A stretch of 64,000 nt of DNA from Salpingoeca rosetta (lineage: Eukaryota > Protista > Choanoflagellata). The notes below the pieces were generated by a model, which was not told the DNA's origin, ran no database searches, and worked only from the letters and a program-made list of their open reading frames with translations. The position numbers and the translations under genes were made by a program. Shown here one piece after another: positions 1 through 36,479 of the stretch; within the stretch, counting starts at the first letter, position 1; each line of letters starts with the position of its first letter. The stretch covers positions 315,748-379,747 of the forward strand of contig JAWQFM010000026.1 in NCBI GenBank assembly GCA_033442325.1, given 5' to 3'.

Positions 1-7512
<7,512 letters not shown>

Positions 7513-7587
7513 TGATAGTTCTTAAAGTCTTCCATAAACATTCCGCAATCCGCCAACAAAGACAACCATCAACAAAGACAACGAACT

Positions 7588-20744
<13,157 letters not shown>

Positions 20745-21032
20745 CCCTCCTTACGTGTGTGTGTGTTGTGTGTGTGTGTGTGTGTTTCTCTTAGTGACCG
20801 TGGCTGCGAATCACGGATCAAGTGTTTATATCATGTCAGCGCAGGGGAGCACAAAATAGATGACAAGCGACAGTTCCTAAAGGTCAAAACAGAGCTAACA
20901 AAACTAATGGTGCACGGAAGAACGAGAAACAAGGGAAGAGGGGGGCGCACACACCAAGTAAACTCGATGTAACAGCAAGCACCACGAGCTCAGAACAAAG
21001 CGCATCCAACTGTATGTGTGTGTGTGCGTGTG

Positions 21033-21102
<70 letters not shown>

Positions 21103-21165
21103 ATTGAGTGCACACAACGTGGCATCAGCGTGCTGATGTGGAGAGCATGACAGCGCCCGCACGCC

Positions 21166-22087
21166 CTAGAGGAGAGAGCACCAGGAGGAGAAGATGGAGG
21201 ACGACTTCGTTGGCATCTTGATCGGCACCTTCTTGGAGAGATCGAGTGGCTTTCGCCTGCGCACGGAGAGCTTGTTTGCCTGCACAGCGCGGAGGCAGTC
21301 CTCTGCAAGCGTGGTGAAGGTGCGGTCGACGTTGGACCCCGTCTTGGCAGACACGACGCAGAATGGCATGTCCCGCTCCTCAGCCAGCGCGCGCCCGCGC
21401 TCAATCAGATTTGGCAGCGCGCGGTGGTGGTCGCTCTTGTTCGCCACCAGCACCTTGAGCGTGCCGGGTGCGATGTGCGCCTCTGTGTCAGGGAACCACC
21501 GCCTACCAAGCAACAGCAACACATGACAAGCGGTAACACGTGTGAGCAAGTGTGTGCATGAATGTGCGTGCGTGTGTGTGCGTGTGTGTGTGCGCGCAAC
21601 CTGTGTGCGCACATGCATGTGCTTTACCTGAACAAACACAAAACACGGGAGCACGGCACTCACCGCGAGAGGTTGTCGAAGCTGTCTGGGTCTGTGACAT
21701 CGTATGTGTAGATGACGGCCTAACGAAAAGCAAGAGGCGGTGATGCATGCATGTGTATGTGTTAGGATGTACATGTTGATGGAATGGGCTCTGGTGTTGT
21801 CGTGTGGTAACTCGCACGTGGGACAACTGCAAGTGTGCAACGATCACACATCACACACACGCACACATACACGCACACATACACGCCACGCAAGGGTCAG
21901 TAAGAGAGACAAACTCACGTGGGAGCCGCGGTAGTAGCTGCGAATAATTGACTGGAAGCGCTCTTGCCCGGCTGTGTCCCAGATTTGGACCTGTGGATGT
22001 GGTTGTGTGTGTGTGTGATTGCGCACGTTAAGAGATAGATGGACCTACAGTCGCACATGCACACGCAAACACGCACAAGTACCCCTC

Positions 22088-22169
<82 letters not shown>

Positions 22170-22367
22170 CTTGAGTTTGCTGCCCTCGAGGTTAAGCTGG
22201 TGGAAGAAAAAGTCCACGCCAACGGTCTCCACGGTTGTGTCTGGGAAGACGCCGTGTGTGTACCTGCTGATCAGGCTTGTCTTGCCAGTGCTTGCGTCGC
22301 CCACGATGATGAACTTGAAAAGGTAATCGTAGTCCATGTGGAACGAGTACATTTGAGCCGTCGTCAT
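21166..22367 (-). CDS. Rab-family small GTPase (4 exons) with C-terminal CaaX (CSLL)
   Basis: [19 protein letters not shown] (G1), [46 protein letters not shown] (exon ~21664-21719), ANKSD (G4), SAKTG (G5), ending WCSLL*. Confidence 0.93.
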
Positions 22368-23075
22368 GGCTGCGCTGCGTACGTGTGTGTGTGTCTGCTG
22401 GAGTGCTTCTTCTTGTTCTTCTTGTTCTTCTTGTTCTTCGATGTGTTGCCGAGTCGCTCGCTGTCACGTGATGGATACCGGTTCTTGTTCGTGTCTGGAG
22501 CGTTGCTGCTGCTCTGGCTGCCTTGGCTGATGCTTCAAACCGCGCTCTCTGGCGTTGATCGCTGCTGTTGGTGGTGGTGGTAGTGGTGGTGGTGCTGCTG
22601 CTGCTGTCTTGTTGTTGGCACAGTGGAGGAAAATGAACAACCGAACGTTGTGTCTCCATTCATCCTGTTGCTGTTGTTGCAGTTATGTTCCCTCCACAGC
22701 TTCCACCGCTGCACATCTGCTTGTTGGCTGCATGCTGTGACTGTTCATTGCGTTGTTGTTGCTGCTGCTGCTGCTGCTGTTTGCCTTGCATTGCCTGCTG
22801 TTGTGGAGGCACGCCAGATGTGACAACACTGCACTTTCCAAACAGACAACACCGCAGTTCCGCGTTTGTGTGTTTGTGGGGTGCGCGGCAGTGTGTGGAT
22901 GGCGAGTCCTGTCCGCTCACGGCGTAAAAATAGAAATCTGCCTTTCATCTGAAAGGCAAACTTGCCTTTGATAAACAACTGAAATCAGTTTCATTGAACC
23001 ACCCACCAATACAAGAAGCAAGCAAGAAGCAAGACAAAAGCGAAGCGAACAACAGGCAGCAGCACAAAAAGAGCG

Positions 23076-27264
<4,189 letters not shown>

Positions 27265-27496
27265 GCAGCAATCACCCATGCAGTGGGTGGAGGAGTGATG
27301 ATGGTGGAGGGGCGTTACTGTGATGGCTTTGGTTTGTTGGCATGTTCACAGGTTTGTGGTGTTGCTGCTGCAAGCGCTTCGCCTCAAATGACGTGTTGTT
27401 TCTGTTATAAACTTTAATTGAAGTGGAACTCGCTTATTCAAGGCTTTGCCTGCACGGCTACAAAACACACAGCGCACAATGCAACGTGATACAATG

Positions 27497-27497
27497 T

Positions 27498-27565
<68 letters not shown>
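27497..27565. repeat. (AAC)n microsatellite between the convergent Beclin and GUCD1 3' ends
   Basis: Directly visible. Confidence 0.9.
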
Positions 27566-27567
<2 letters not shown>

Positions 27568-27593
27568 GCACCTTGCTCTTCTTGTTGGTGTTG

Positions 27594-28700
27594 TTATCGC
27601 TGCTGTGCTTGGTGATCGTGAAGTATCTGTTTCACTTGATCGCACGTTGCGCCGACCACGAGGATATCGTCATCCGTGCCACGGGCGGTCCGGGCAGCAT
27701 CAAACACTTCACGACGCACTGCACACTTCTCGGAGCACCGCCCCTGCCCTGGATCCCGGAACACCACGTGTTCTTGCTCGCCTGTTGTGGCAGCCAGGCC
27801 TTCAAAGACGATGTAGTGGCCAATGTATGGCTGAGTGTAGTCCGCGGTGGGAAGGCCGCAGTCACGGCAGTCCAGCTGCAGCACATTGACAAGCACGATG
27901 ATGGCCAGTCCGTTAGCTCGCAGTGTGAGCAGCTCTTCCAGTGTCAATCGCGCATCCACCATGGCCGGGGCCTCTGTCTCATACAGTTGTGCTACGCTCT
28001 GCTTCACGACGCCACTTGGACCGCATGTGCTTGCTGCTGTGGCGCACGCTGTGGTTGTCCCTCCTGTTGTGGCCGCTGTTGGAGTGGACATGGAGCCGCA
28101 TGCTGGTGCAGCGAGGTCCAACGCCCACGACATGACATCAACTGTGCCTTCTTGGCCACTGCGTTCCTGTTGTTCCTTGTCTTCGTGGCTCTGGTCGAGG
28201 GGTCGCTCTCGCTGCTGCTGCTCTTGCTGCTCTTGCTGCTCTTGCTGCTGCTCTTGGTGGTGTTGTGGGTGTAGTGGGCGGTCCATTGTGGGTGCTTGTG
28301 TGCTGTTGTTGTAGAAGGGCAGGTCTGCGTACGCGTCTGCGTCCAGGACTGTCGTGGTGGTGCACAGGGTACTCGGTGTATCAAACGCTGTCTTGAGTAC
28401 ATACAATAGCTCCACTGTCCACGCATACCCGCTCGTATATGCTTGGAACGCCTCCAAGACGTCATCAAGGATGGCTTCGTGGTTCCCACTCAGACTGAGC
28501 TGCGCAAACCTCAGGTCTTCCACGTTCTCCACCGCGTCTTCCTCCCGTTGTTGCTGCGGTTGTCGCTGCGTGCATGTCCCTCCTTCACCATCTTCGCTGT
28601 GTTTACTGTCTTCACTGGCGTGGGACTGCAAGGCCATGGCCAGGCACGCCAGCCCGCAATCCCACGTGAAGCGCTGCTTGATTGTGGTTGTGGTCATCAT
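27594..28700 (-). CDS. GUCD1: GUCD1-like (Guanylate_cyc_2 / peptidase C39-like fold) protein, single exon, 368 aa
   Basis: KQRFTWDCGLACLAMAL; AWTVELLYVL; LPFY; IIVLV; YIGHYIVFEG; VFRDP; FDAARTARGTDDDILVV, separated by low-complexity inserts. Confidence 0.85.
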   Translation of the reverse strand: MMTTTTIKQRFTWDCGLACLAMALQSHASEDSKHSEDGEGGTCTQRQPQQQREEDAVENVEDLRFAQLSLSGNHEAILDDVLEAFQAYTSGYAWTVELLYVLKTAFDTPSTLCTTTTVLDADAYADLPFYNNSTQAPTMDRPLHPQHHQEQQQEQQEQQEQQQRERPLDQSHEDKEQQERSGQEGTVDVMSWALDLAAPACGSMSTPTAATTGGTTTACATAASTCGPSGVVKQSVAQLYETEAPAMVDARLTLEELLTLRANGLAIIVLVNVLQLDCRDCGLPTADYTQPYIGHYIVFEGLAATTGEQEHVVFRDPGQGRCSEKCAVRREVFDAARTARGTDDDILVVGATCDQVKQILHDHQAQQR

Positions 28701-29043
28701 CGTCCGCCTCTCGCCGAATTCTGGTCACAGCTTCAACCACTTTTCCACAATGATGGGGTGAATTGAGTCTGGCTGCATGAGTGTGCGTGTGTTTGCACCA
28801 CGTGCTTGCGCAATATAACTTCTACTACATATACCACGACAGTAACAAAGGGTGTGCGTGCGTGCGTGTGCGTGCGTGTGCGGAGGGAGAGGGAGAGAGA
28901 TGCAAAGATGGAGATGGAGAGAGAGAGAGAGAGAGCGTGTGTGTGTGAGTATGTGTGTATGGGTGTGTGAGTATGAGTGAGTGTGTGCGTGTGTGTGTAT
29001 GGGTGTATGTGTGTATGGGCGTATGTGTGTGTGTATGTGCATG

Positions 29044-29980
29044 TCATGCAGAGGAGGCGTTTGTGCCACCGGTGGAAGCCGACAAGTGCTCCAGCCACTT
29101 CTTGCAAGCGCCCTCATCCGGGAATCCAAACGTGTGTGCACCACCAGAGGCAGTTCGGATCTGCAGAGGAGGTGACGTACACATGTGGGCGCGAGCGAGC
29201 ATAAGCGAACATGGATACAGCTTGTTCATAAGCTGTCTTCCTTCCTTCTGAGCTCATCATCAACACCAACACACATACACACGCACGTGCATACACATGT
29301 ACACACACACACATGCATACACATGTACACACATACATGTGATAGCACGCACCTCGAAGGTAAAGAGGTCATCGCGGGGGTATATCGGAGAGAGGGTTGC
29401 ATCAGCGAGGTAGAGCACGAGCGCGCCGGCAGCGTCCCGTGCACTCTTGTACATGTACAACACATCCGCCTGCAAAGTGCACAATAAACGCACACGCGCC
29501 AACAGACAAGGAGAGAAAGGACATGAGCAAGAGGGAGCATAGGAAGAGCAACCACAGCGCTGCATGCAGGCCATGTTGTGTGTGTATGTGTGTGTGTGCA
29601 TGTTTGTGTGTGCATGCGGGAAGACTGACATCGAGGACGGCGTATGCGCGGGTCCAGCCCGTCTGCGCATACCGCAGCACCCATCCTTTGAAGGTACACG
29701 TCTCCAGCAGGGACGAGTTGATTTCGTTCACAGGGGACGTGCGCCTGCAGCAAAGCGAGAGGAAGAAGAAGAGAAGGGGAGAAGGGGAAGAGAGACGGAG
29801 AAGGGGTGAACGGCGACAAATGAGCGCCAGGAGGCCGCGTGGGTGGGTGTGTGAGAGAGACCAGAGACAGCGAGACAGCGAGACACAGACAGAGACAAAG
29901 ACAAAGAGAGCACACGCGCAGTGTGTATGCAAAGAGACACAGAGGGAGAGCGACGGTTGTGCAAGACACAGCACATGACA

Positions 29981-30033
<53 letters not shown>

Positions 30034-30530
30034 GCATACGCACCCGACAGTGCTGGACCGCGAGATTGCGCGGCCGCGGTGTACGCTCTGTCGCCGGCCC
30101 ATCCCGCCTGCAGCGATGGCACGGTGATCAGCAAGGTCAACAACAACAGAGCAGAGTGAGGGACGAACGCTCGCTCAGCAAACGCACACGCACACACACG
30201 CCAGAAGGGGCACGTTTATGGTTTCAACATGCATACATGCAGAAAAGTACACACAAGTACACACGAATACACGCTAGCCCACACAAGCACATAACAGTAC
30301 AAGCACGTGCTCACAGACCGACAGATACACACACACACGCACACATGCACGCACCTGTGCTGTCAATCTCCATGCGTTCGAGCTGCTCTGTGATGGCAGT
30401 GACCCAGCGCTGCTTGTCTGAGCGGGACTCTGCGTGGAACTCGTACGACTTCTTGTGCGGGCCAACGAGCCGGAGGGTCAGCTGCACGGCGGCATCGTGG
30501 CATCATGTGTGCGTGTGTGTGTGCGTGTGC

Positions 30531-30586
<56 letters not shown>

Positions 30587-31606
30587 GTGTGTGTGTGTGT
30601 GTGTGTAAGTGCGTACGTGCGGGGGAGAGGAGTGGAGGAGCGTCATACACACACACTCACACACACACACACACAATACACATATACAGTGTTGCCGGTA
30701 CCCACGTCTGTGTCGTCGCTTGCAGCGTTGAGGCTGTAGCCGGCCAGGGGGATGACCCCTTTGTCTGCCAGTTCAACGATGCACGTTGCAGTGACGTGAG
30801 ATGGCACATCGCAGGGGTGGAGGAAGTGGGAAGCAAGCGTGACAAACAAGTACCACGGGGAAACAAAGCATGAGAAGCAGCATCTGCAGCGTAGATTGAC
30901 AGAATCCACACCACCACCACTACCAACCCCTCGCAACCACGCAAAACAGCAAGGACCGACCTGCAGAGGGATCGGTGGCCGCGGCCGCCGTCTTCCAATA
31001 ATACAGAATGCCGTCGTTCTCAAGCACACACCTGCAACAACAACAACACACACGCGCGCGCGCGCACACACACACACACACACACAACTGTGAGACCGCT
31101 AAATCCGTACACACACACACGCACACGCACACGCACACGCACACGCACGTATCGTACCATCGCCGCTTCCATTTGCTGCCAGCAATGCCACCACTCAGCT
31201 TCTGCAGGTACCCGTAACAGGATCCGTACAGCGGAACCGCTGTTGTGTGTGTGTTTGGAACCCGCACACCATGGCAAAAAGGGCAATTATGAGCATGATG
31301 CAGCGGCACACGGGACCACGCACGCACCCCCAAGGCCTTCAAACACTTCAAACACGCGCCCGACAAAACCATCGACCAACGCACAGTCGCCGTCGAATGT
31401 GTCATCAAGGCGGGCTTCCACGTCCTAGAACCAAGCAGCGGCATCGCCCCACAAAGCAAGGGAATGGCATCCAGTCACATCATGTCACCAAGACAGAGCT
31501 GCACCACCGCTGCCTCATCACCTGCCCTAATCTGTCTGTCCTTTGTCCTTCTGACCTGACAGACTTGCCCGTGCCTCACGCACCAACCAATCATACACTC
31601 AATCAT

Positions 31607-31686
<80 letters not shown>

Positions 31687-31932
31687 GCACACACACACAC
31701 ACACACACAGAGTCACGCATACATGTACACATGCCTTGTAGCAGTTGAGCAGGGCCTGCACCATGTCCTCGAGCTCCTCGATCTTCTCCTGCTGCTGCTG
31801 GATTGTCTGCAGCGCCGCGTCCAGCTTCGCCTCCATCGCCTGCTGTGCTGTTGGTTCTTGTTCGTAGTTGTTGGGCGTGGTTGTGTGCTGTGTTTGTGGT
31901 CTTCCTTCCCTTGAAATTGGCATCGAATCCAT
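29044..31932 (-). CDS. N-terminal coiled coil plus two PH domains; multi-exon
   Basis: MEAKLDAALQTIQQQQEKIEELEDMVQALL. PH1: YGYLQKLSGGIAGSKWKRRW|CVLENDGILYYWK…KGVIPLAGY…KSYEFHAESRSDKQRWVTAI. PH2: FKGWVLRYAQTGWTRAYAVLD|DVLYMYKS…DLFTFE|IRTASGGAHTFGFPDEGACKKWLEHL. Some internal junctions are uncertain. Confidence 0.75.
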
Positions 31933-32205
31933 TCCGTCAGGCACGAAGAATTTATTATTGCACAAGCGCACAAACAACACACACACACGCACACACACAG
32001 GCAAGCATACGGGCCGAGAAATACGATAGACTGACAGGAATACACGCACGTGCAAAGAAAGAGGCAGAAGCGATAGAAGCAGGAAAAGAGTCAAGACAAT
32101 AACCATTAGCAAGGGGAAGAGATGCACAGCCATGTGTATGTGTGAGTGGTGGAGGCAGGTGATGAACATCACCACGATCACCACCAATGTTGGTGCTGTT
32201 GTAAA

Positions 32206-33491
32206 CTAGGATGAGTTGAGCGCGTTTGTGCCTCCATAGTTAATCCATGCCAGCAGCTGCTTGGCAGTCAGCGACAGCACGAGATAGACAATCTCCCCAT
32301 ACAAGTAGTCCTTCCACTTGCCAATCTGTGCGTGTGTGTGCGTGTGTGTGTGTGTGTGCGTGTGTGTGTGTGTGTGTGAGCGAGTATGCATATTTGAGAG
32401 CTACCGAAAACGCACAGTCCATTGTGTTGCACTCAACACCACGAACGCACCTCCTTGAGCTGCAGGAACATGTTGATGGCAAAGGTGAGGTCGCAGAAGA
32501 AGAGGATGAAGATGATCGCCCACACAAACCCCGGTGGATCCTGCCATCATCATCATCAAAGCACGAAACAGCCAGAGGCCCGCGGTGAGAACTAGGGTGT
32601 TGTCGACAGCGCGCAAACGGCAGGAAAGCACAGAACAAGCAGTCCAAGAAAGGCAAGAAAGGAAAGAGAAGTACGCCAGCGCACACACTTGCTTGCGCAT
32701 GAAAATCCTCCACAGACGCGTGCATGCGCATGTAACCCTTCACGGCTGTACTCTCGCAAACACACACGCATGCAGAGTCACGTACGCCAGTGCTGACGCC
32801 CTGGAAAAAGTATGACGTCACAATTGCCCAAGAAATCACGTGGGGAATGAACCCACACCTGTGGCATCGCAGCAACGCGCAGCATCCGGTGAGACATGAG
32901 AACGATCGCGAGTCTGGTTACCATGTCCATAACGGTGCATGGACATGCAACACCCAGCGCTGCAGACCTCGGTAGGCTATCAAAACTGAATTACACACAG
33001 TCACAGAGACGCAAGCAAGCACTCAAACATAGACAGACACACACACACATAAACACACGCACATAGACACACACGACACGACACGACACAACACAACACA
33101 ACACAACACAAGACGGCAACGGACCAAAAGGGAACGAGCGTCTTCTTCTCCGGCTGCCCCTGGAGATGGTGTGTTGTGATCTCCTGAGTGAGGCCAAAGA
33201 GCATGGTGGACATGGTCAGGCCGAAGATGGCGATGAGGAGGTGGAGATCCAGCACGCCAGAGAGCTGCGCAATCTGCACCCGCATCACGGACGCAGACAG
33301 GCTGTACTCAATCCACCTGCAGCATGTCACACGTGCACCACGGCAACACAAGTGGAGTTGGACGTGGTGAGCTGTTGTGCAAAATTGAGAGAGGGAGAGA
33401 AGGGGGAGGGAGGGAAGCGTGTGGGGTGGCGTGACACACAGGGCGCGGTGGCATGCCACACGGCGTGACTTTTGGCAACACACACACAACA

Positions 33492-33590
<99 letters not shown>

Positions 33591-34205
33591 CGCATGTGCA
33601 AACATATAGGCACGCACAGCATGTCATACAAACGCACGCACTCACACAATATACACACACGCCACGGCAACGGCACCTGTACGGGTTCTGAGCGAGCTTG
33701 AGGTAGTCTTCGTATGAGCGACGCAGCACCGTCGCCACAAGCAGGTGATCCAGGGCAGCAAGCAGTAGAAAGATGCCAGAATAATACCTGCACAGCAACA
33801 AGACGGTAAAGACAGCCGCGAGCAAGGCACGCAGCAATGAGAAAATGAGATGACACAACACACTGGCACCCAGCAAACGCGTGTCATCCCCCACATACAA
33901 CGCCAAGCCCAGCATACAACAAACACACACGCACACACACACACACACAAGGGCTCCAGAGCAGCAACAAGGCAGACTTACCCAACGACAGAGCGGCCTT
34001 TGTTGCTGACAACGGGGGCCCATTCCTCAGGGTTGCCACGTTCACTGGCATATGTGGTAAACACAAGCGCATACTAACGTGGAGGCAAACAACGCCACAA
34101 CCAACGTGAGCGCCAAGAACAGGTACACCCAGACATATACGAGCAACAGTCGCAACCGCGACTCCAGTAACATAGGCAGTGGACCACCCACATCGCCCCC
34201 CCCCC

Positions 34206-34278
<73 letters not shown>

Positions 34279-34732
34279 CCAGTTCAGTCGTACGTTGCCT
34301 TGATCTGTGAGAGCAAAGATGATGAAGCTTGTCAGGAGATTGAAGAGGGCAGTCCACATGTTCCACTTGAACAGCGAGGTGCTCCGCTATCATGCACGTG
34401 TGCAGAAGCATCGACAAAAAGCCACCCACCCAACTCATGTGAGCACTGCTTTCAAGGGCACAAATGGTGGGGCTGTGTCGTGTGACATGCTCGGCCAGGG
34501 CAACATCTGGCACCATGATTAGCCAGTCAAGACGCAAGCATGCATGCATTCTGTCACAGAGTGGACACGCCCATTCCCCTCCCCGGAAAACAAGCAAAGC
34601 CAACAACGCATGCCAACACGCATGGAGAGCCTGTACCTCAATGTCGAGGACCACGATGGAGCTGATGGACCGCGGCGAGTGGATGTGGGCCGGTATGCGC
34701 TGCCCGCTGGACATGCTCTCCGTCGTCGACAT
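32206..34732 (-). CDS. Heliorhodopsin (7-TM retinal protein), 8 exons, 288 aa
   Basis: Exons 34732-34637, 34386-34294, 34073-33982, 33787-33677, 33316-33125, 32858-32786, 32540-32451, 32325-32206 all have GT-AG borders, are phase-consistent and total 867 nt. Motifs: SLFKWN, ALDH, YEDYLKLAQNPYRWIEYSLSASVM, MLFGLTQE, PFWCG, PPGFVW, FAINMFLQ, GKWKDYLYGEIVYLVLSLTAKQLLAW (SLxAK retinal lysine). Confidence 0.95.
33487..33591. repeat. (AAC)n microsatellite in heliorhodopsin intron 4
   Basis: Directly visible. Confidence 0.9.
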
Positions 34733-35568
34733 GGCTGCCTAGGACGTGTGTCGAAGGGTGACGGGTAGCTGCAATGTGGAGAGAGGAGGCGCTCAAGCGT
34801 TAATTTGGTTGCTGGGTGAATGGTGAACAGGCCAGATGGGGAGGAGGGGGGAGGGGCGGTGTTGATGAGAAAATATGACCCTTGTGGCTGGTGTGTGGTT
34901 GCTGTGCTCGTGGTGAATGAGACGACAGAATAACCATGAACAAGTGAACGCAACACTGAATGCAACTGAGTACACTCGAGCAGGCCCAAGCTCACATCAT
35001 CACGTCACCTCAACATAGGGAAGGCAACAAAGCGTGCGCGTGTGTGCGACGGAACCTTCTCGCTCTCGCATCTGCGTGTGCGCGTCGTGAAGTGCAGGCG
35101 TGTTGGGTGATGGCTTGTTTCTTGGCTTCTTTGTTGCTTCATGAACCGCAAGTGTGATGATGTTGCGGAGGGTTGAGTAAAGTTTCCAACAAACTTTCTA
35201 CATTGCGTCCAAACGAAAAACCGTCAAAGCAACAGTGGGTGAGTGGTTAGTGTGGTGGTAAGAGGAGGTGCTGGCGTTTGGATGGCGGAGGGCAGAGGTG
35301 GCGAAAGAGCGGACATGGATGGATGGACATGGCGTGCGTGAGGAGGTGCAGTGGTGAGGAAGACAAGAAGGCAGCGAAGAGGTGCAAGCAGGGCGATAGC
35401 AGGGAGTGAGATGGCTGTGTTGTTCGCCTTTGATTGATGCATGTGCTGGTGGTTGCCGTTGCTTAACTGTGGTGTTTGTTTGTATTTTGTTGTGGGTGAT
35501 TCTTGCACGGACGGCACAGAAACCAGAGGAAGGACAGCTCCCCCTTTGCTTCCACGGGATTTGCCATC

Positions 35569-35590
35569 ATGTCCTCTGCCAAGGTGTGAA

Positions 35591-35622
<32 letters not shown>

Positions 35623-36434
35623 CGTGTTGTGTGTTTGTGTGTTGTCGTGTGCGCAAGCGTGCTTGCACCGAGTATGTTGCACTGTGTGCGCTGTGAATGC
35701 ACTGTGTCTTGTATGAATGGCCATCTTGCCCTTGCATCTATGCGCTGTCACGCGGGTGTCACGAGTACCACACCATTATTGTACTACACAGCACAAGAAG
35801 CTGGAAACATGGATTGGGAACCGCGTGAAAGTTGAAGGGCGTGGCAATGGCACACTCGCGTACTGGGGACCCATCAAAGGCGCAAAGTGAGTCGTGCGAG
35901 GCTGTGGGTGAGGCCCGGTGTCACTGTCTTCATCTACTGCCGTTCTTTACTGTAAGCGTGAATATCACCACAACTCCAAACTCACTTTACTGCTGCTTAC
36001 CCATTCCATTTGCCACCTCTGTGTCCAACTGTGGCCATCTCAGGACAAGCAAGCTGGCGGGCGTGTTCCTGGACAAACCCAACGTGAGGGGGCCCTTGAT
36101 TGCAGTCATGTGCCGCTGCTGCCTGCTACTGATACGATGTTGTGCCTCCCACGTGACCCGTTTATCTTGCGTGACACACACACACACACGCACGTTTGCG
36201 TCCTTTCCTTCTCTTCTCTCTGACTTGATGGTTGCTACTGCCATTGACCTTGGCCCTTTGTCAAAATTGGGCTGTGTTATTTGTGCACTCTGTGATGTGA
36301 TGTGTGAGCACAGGGCCTCAATGATGGGGCTGTGAAGGGCGTGCGCTACTTCAAGTGCCCGCCGAGCCACGGCGTGTTTGTCTCCGCCGGTATGGTCAAG
36401 TTTCTCAAACCCAAGGTCGGTCGCATGTGCATGC

Positions 36435-36479
<45 letters not shown>

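Noticed and set aside
21166-22367. Rab18 (NRZ/NBAS partner), suggested by the CSLL tail and adjacency to NBAS
   Set aside because: The N-terminal and switch sequences ([16 protein letters not shown]) do not match Rab18 (LKILIIG, FRTLTPSYY).
27594-28700. Guanylyl cyclase as effector of the heliorhodopsin
   Set aside because: The name derives from the GUCD1 family label; no nucleotide-cyclase motifs are present.
29044-34732. Heliorhodopsin-PH fusion protein
   Set aside because: There is a clean TAG after TM7, and the heliorhodopsin C-terminus is extracellular, which is incompatible with PH domains.
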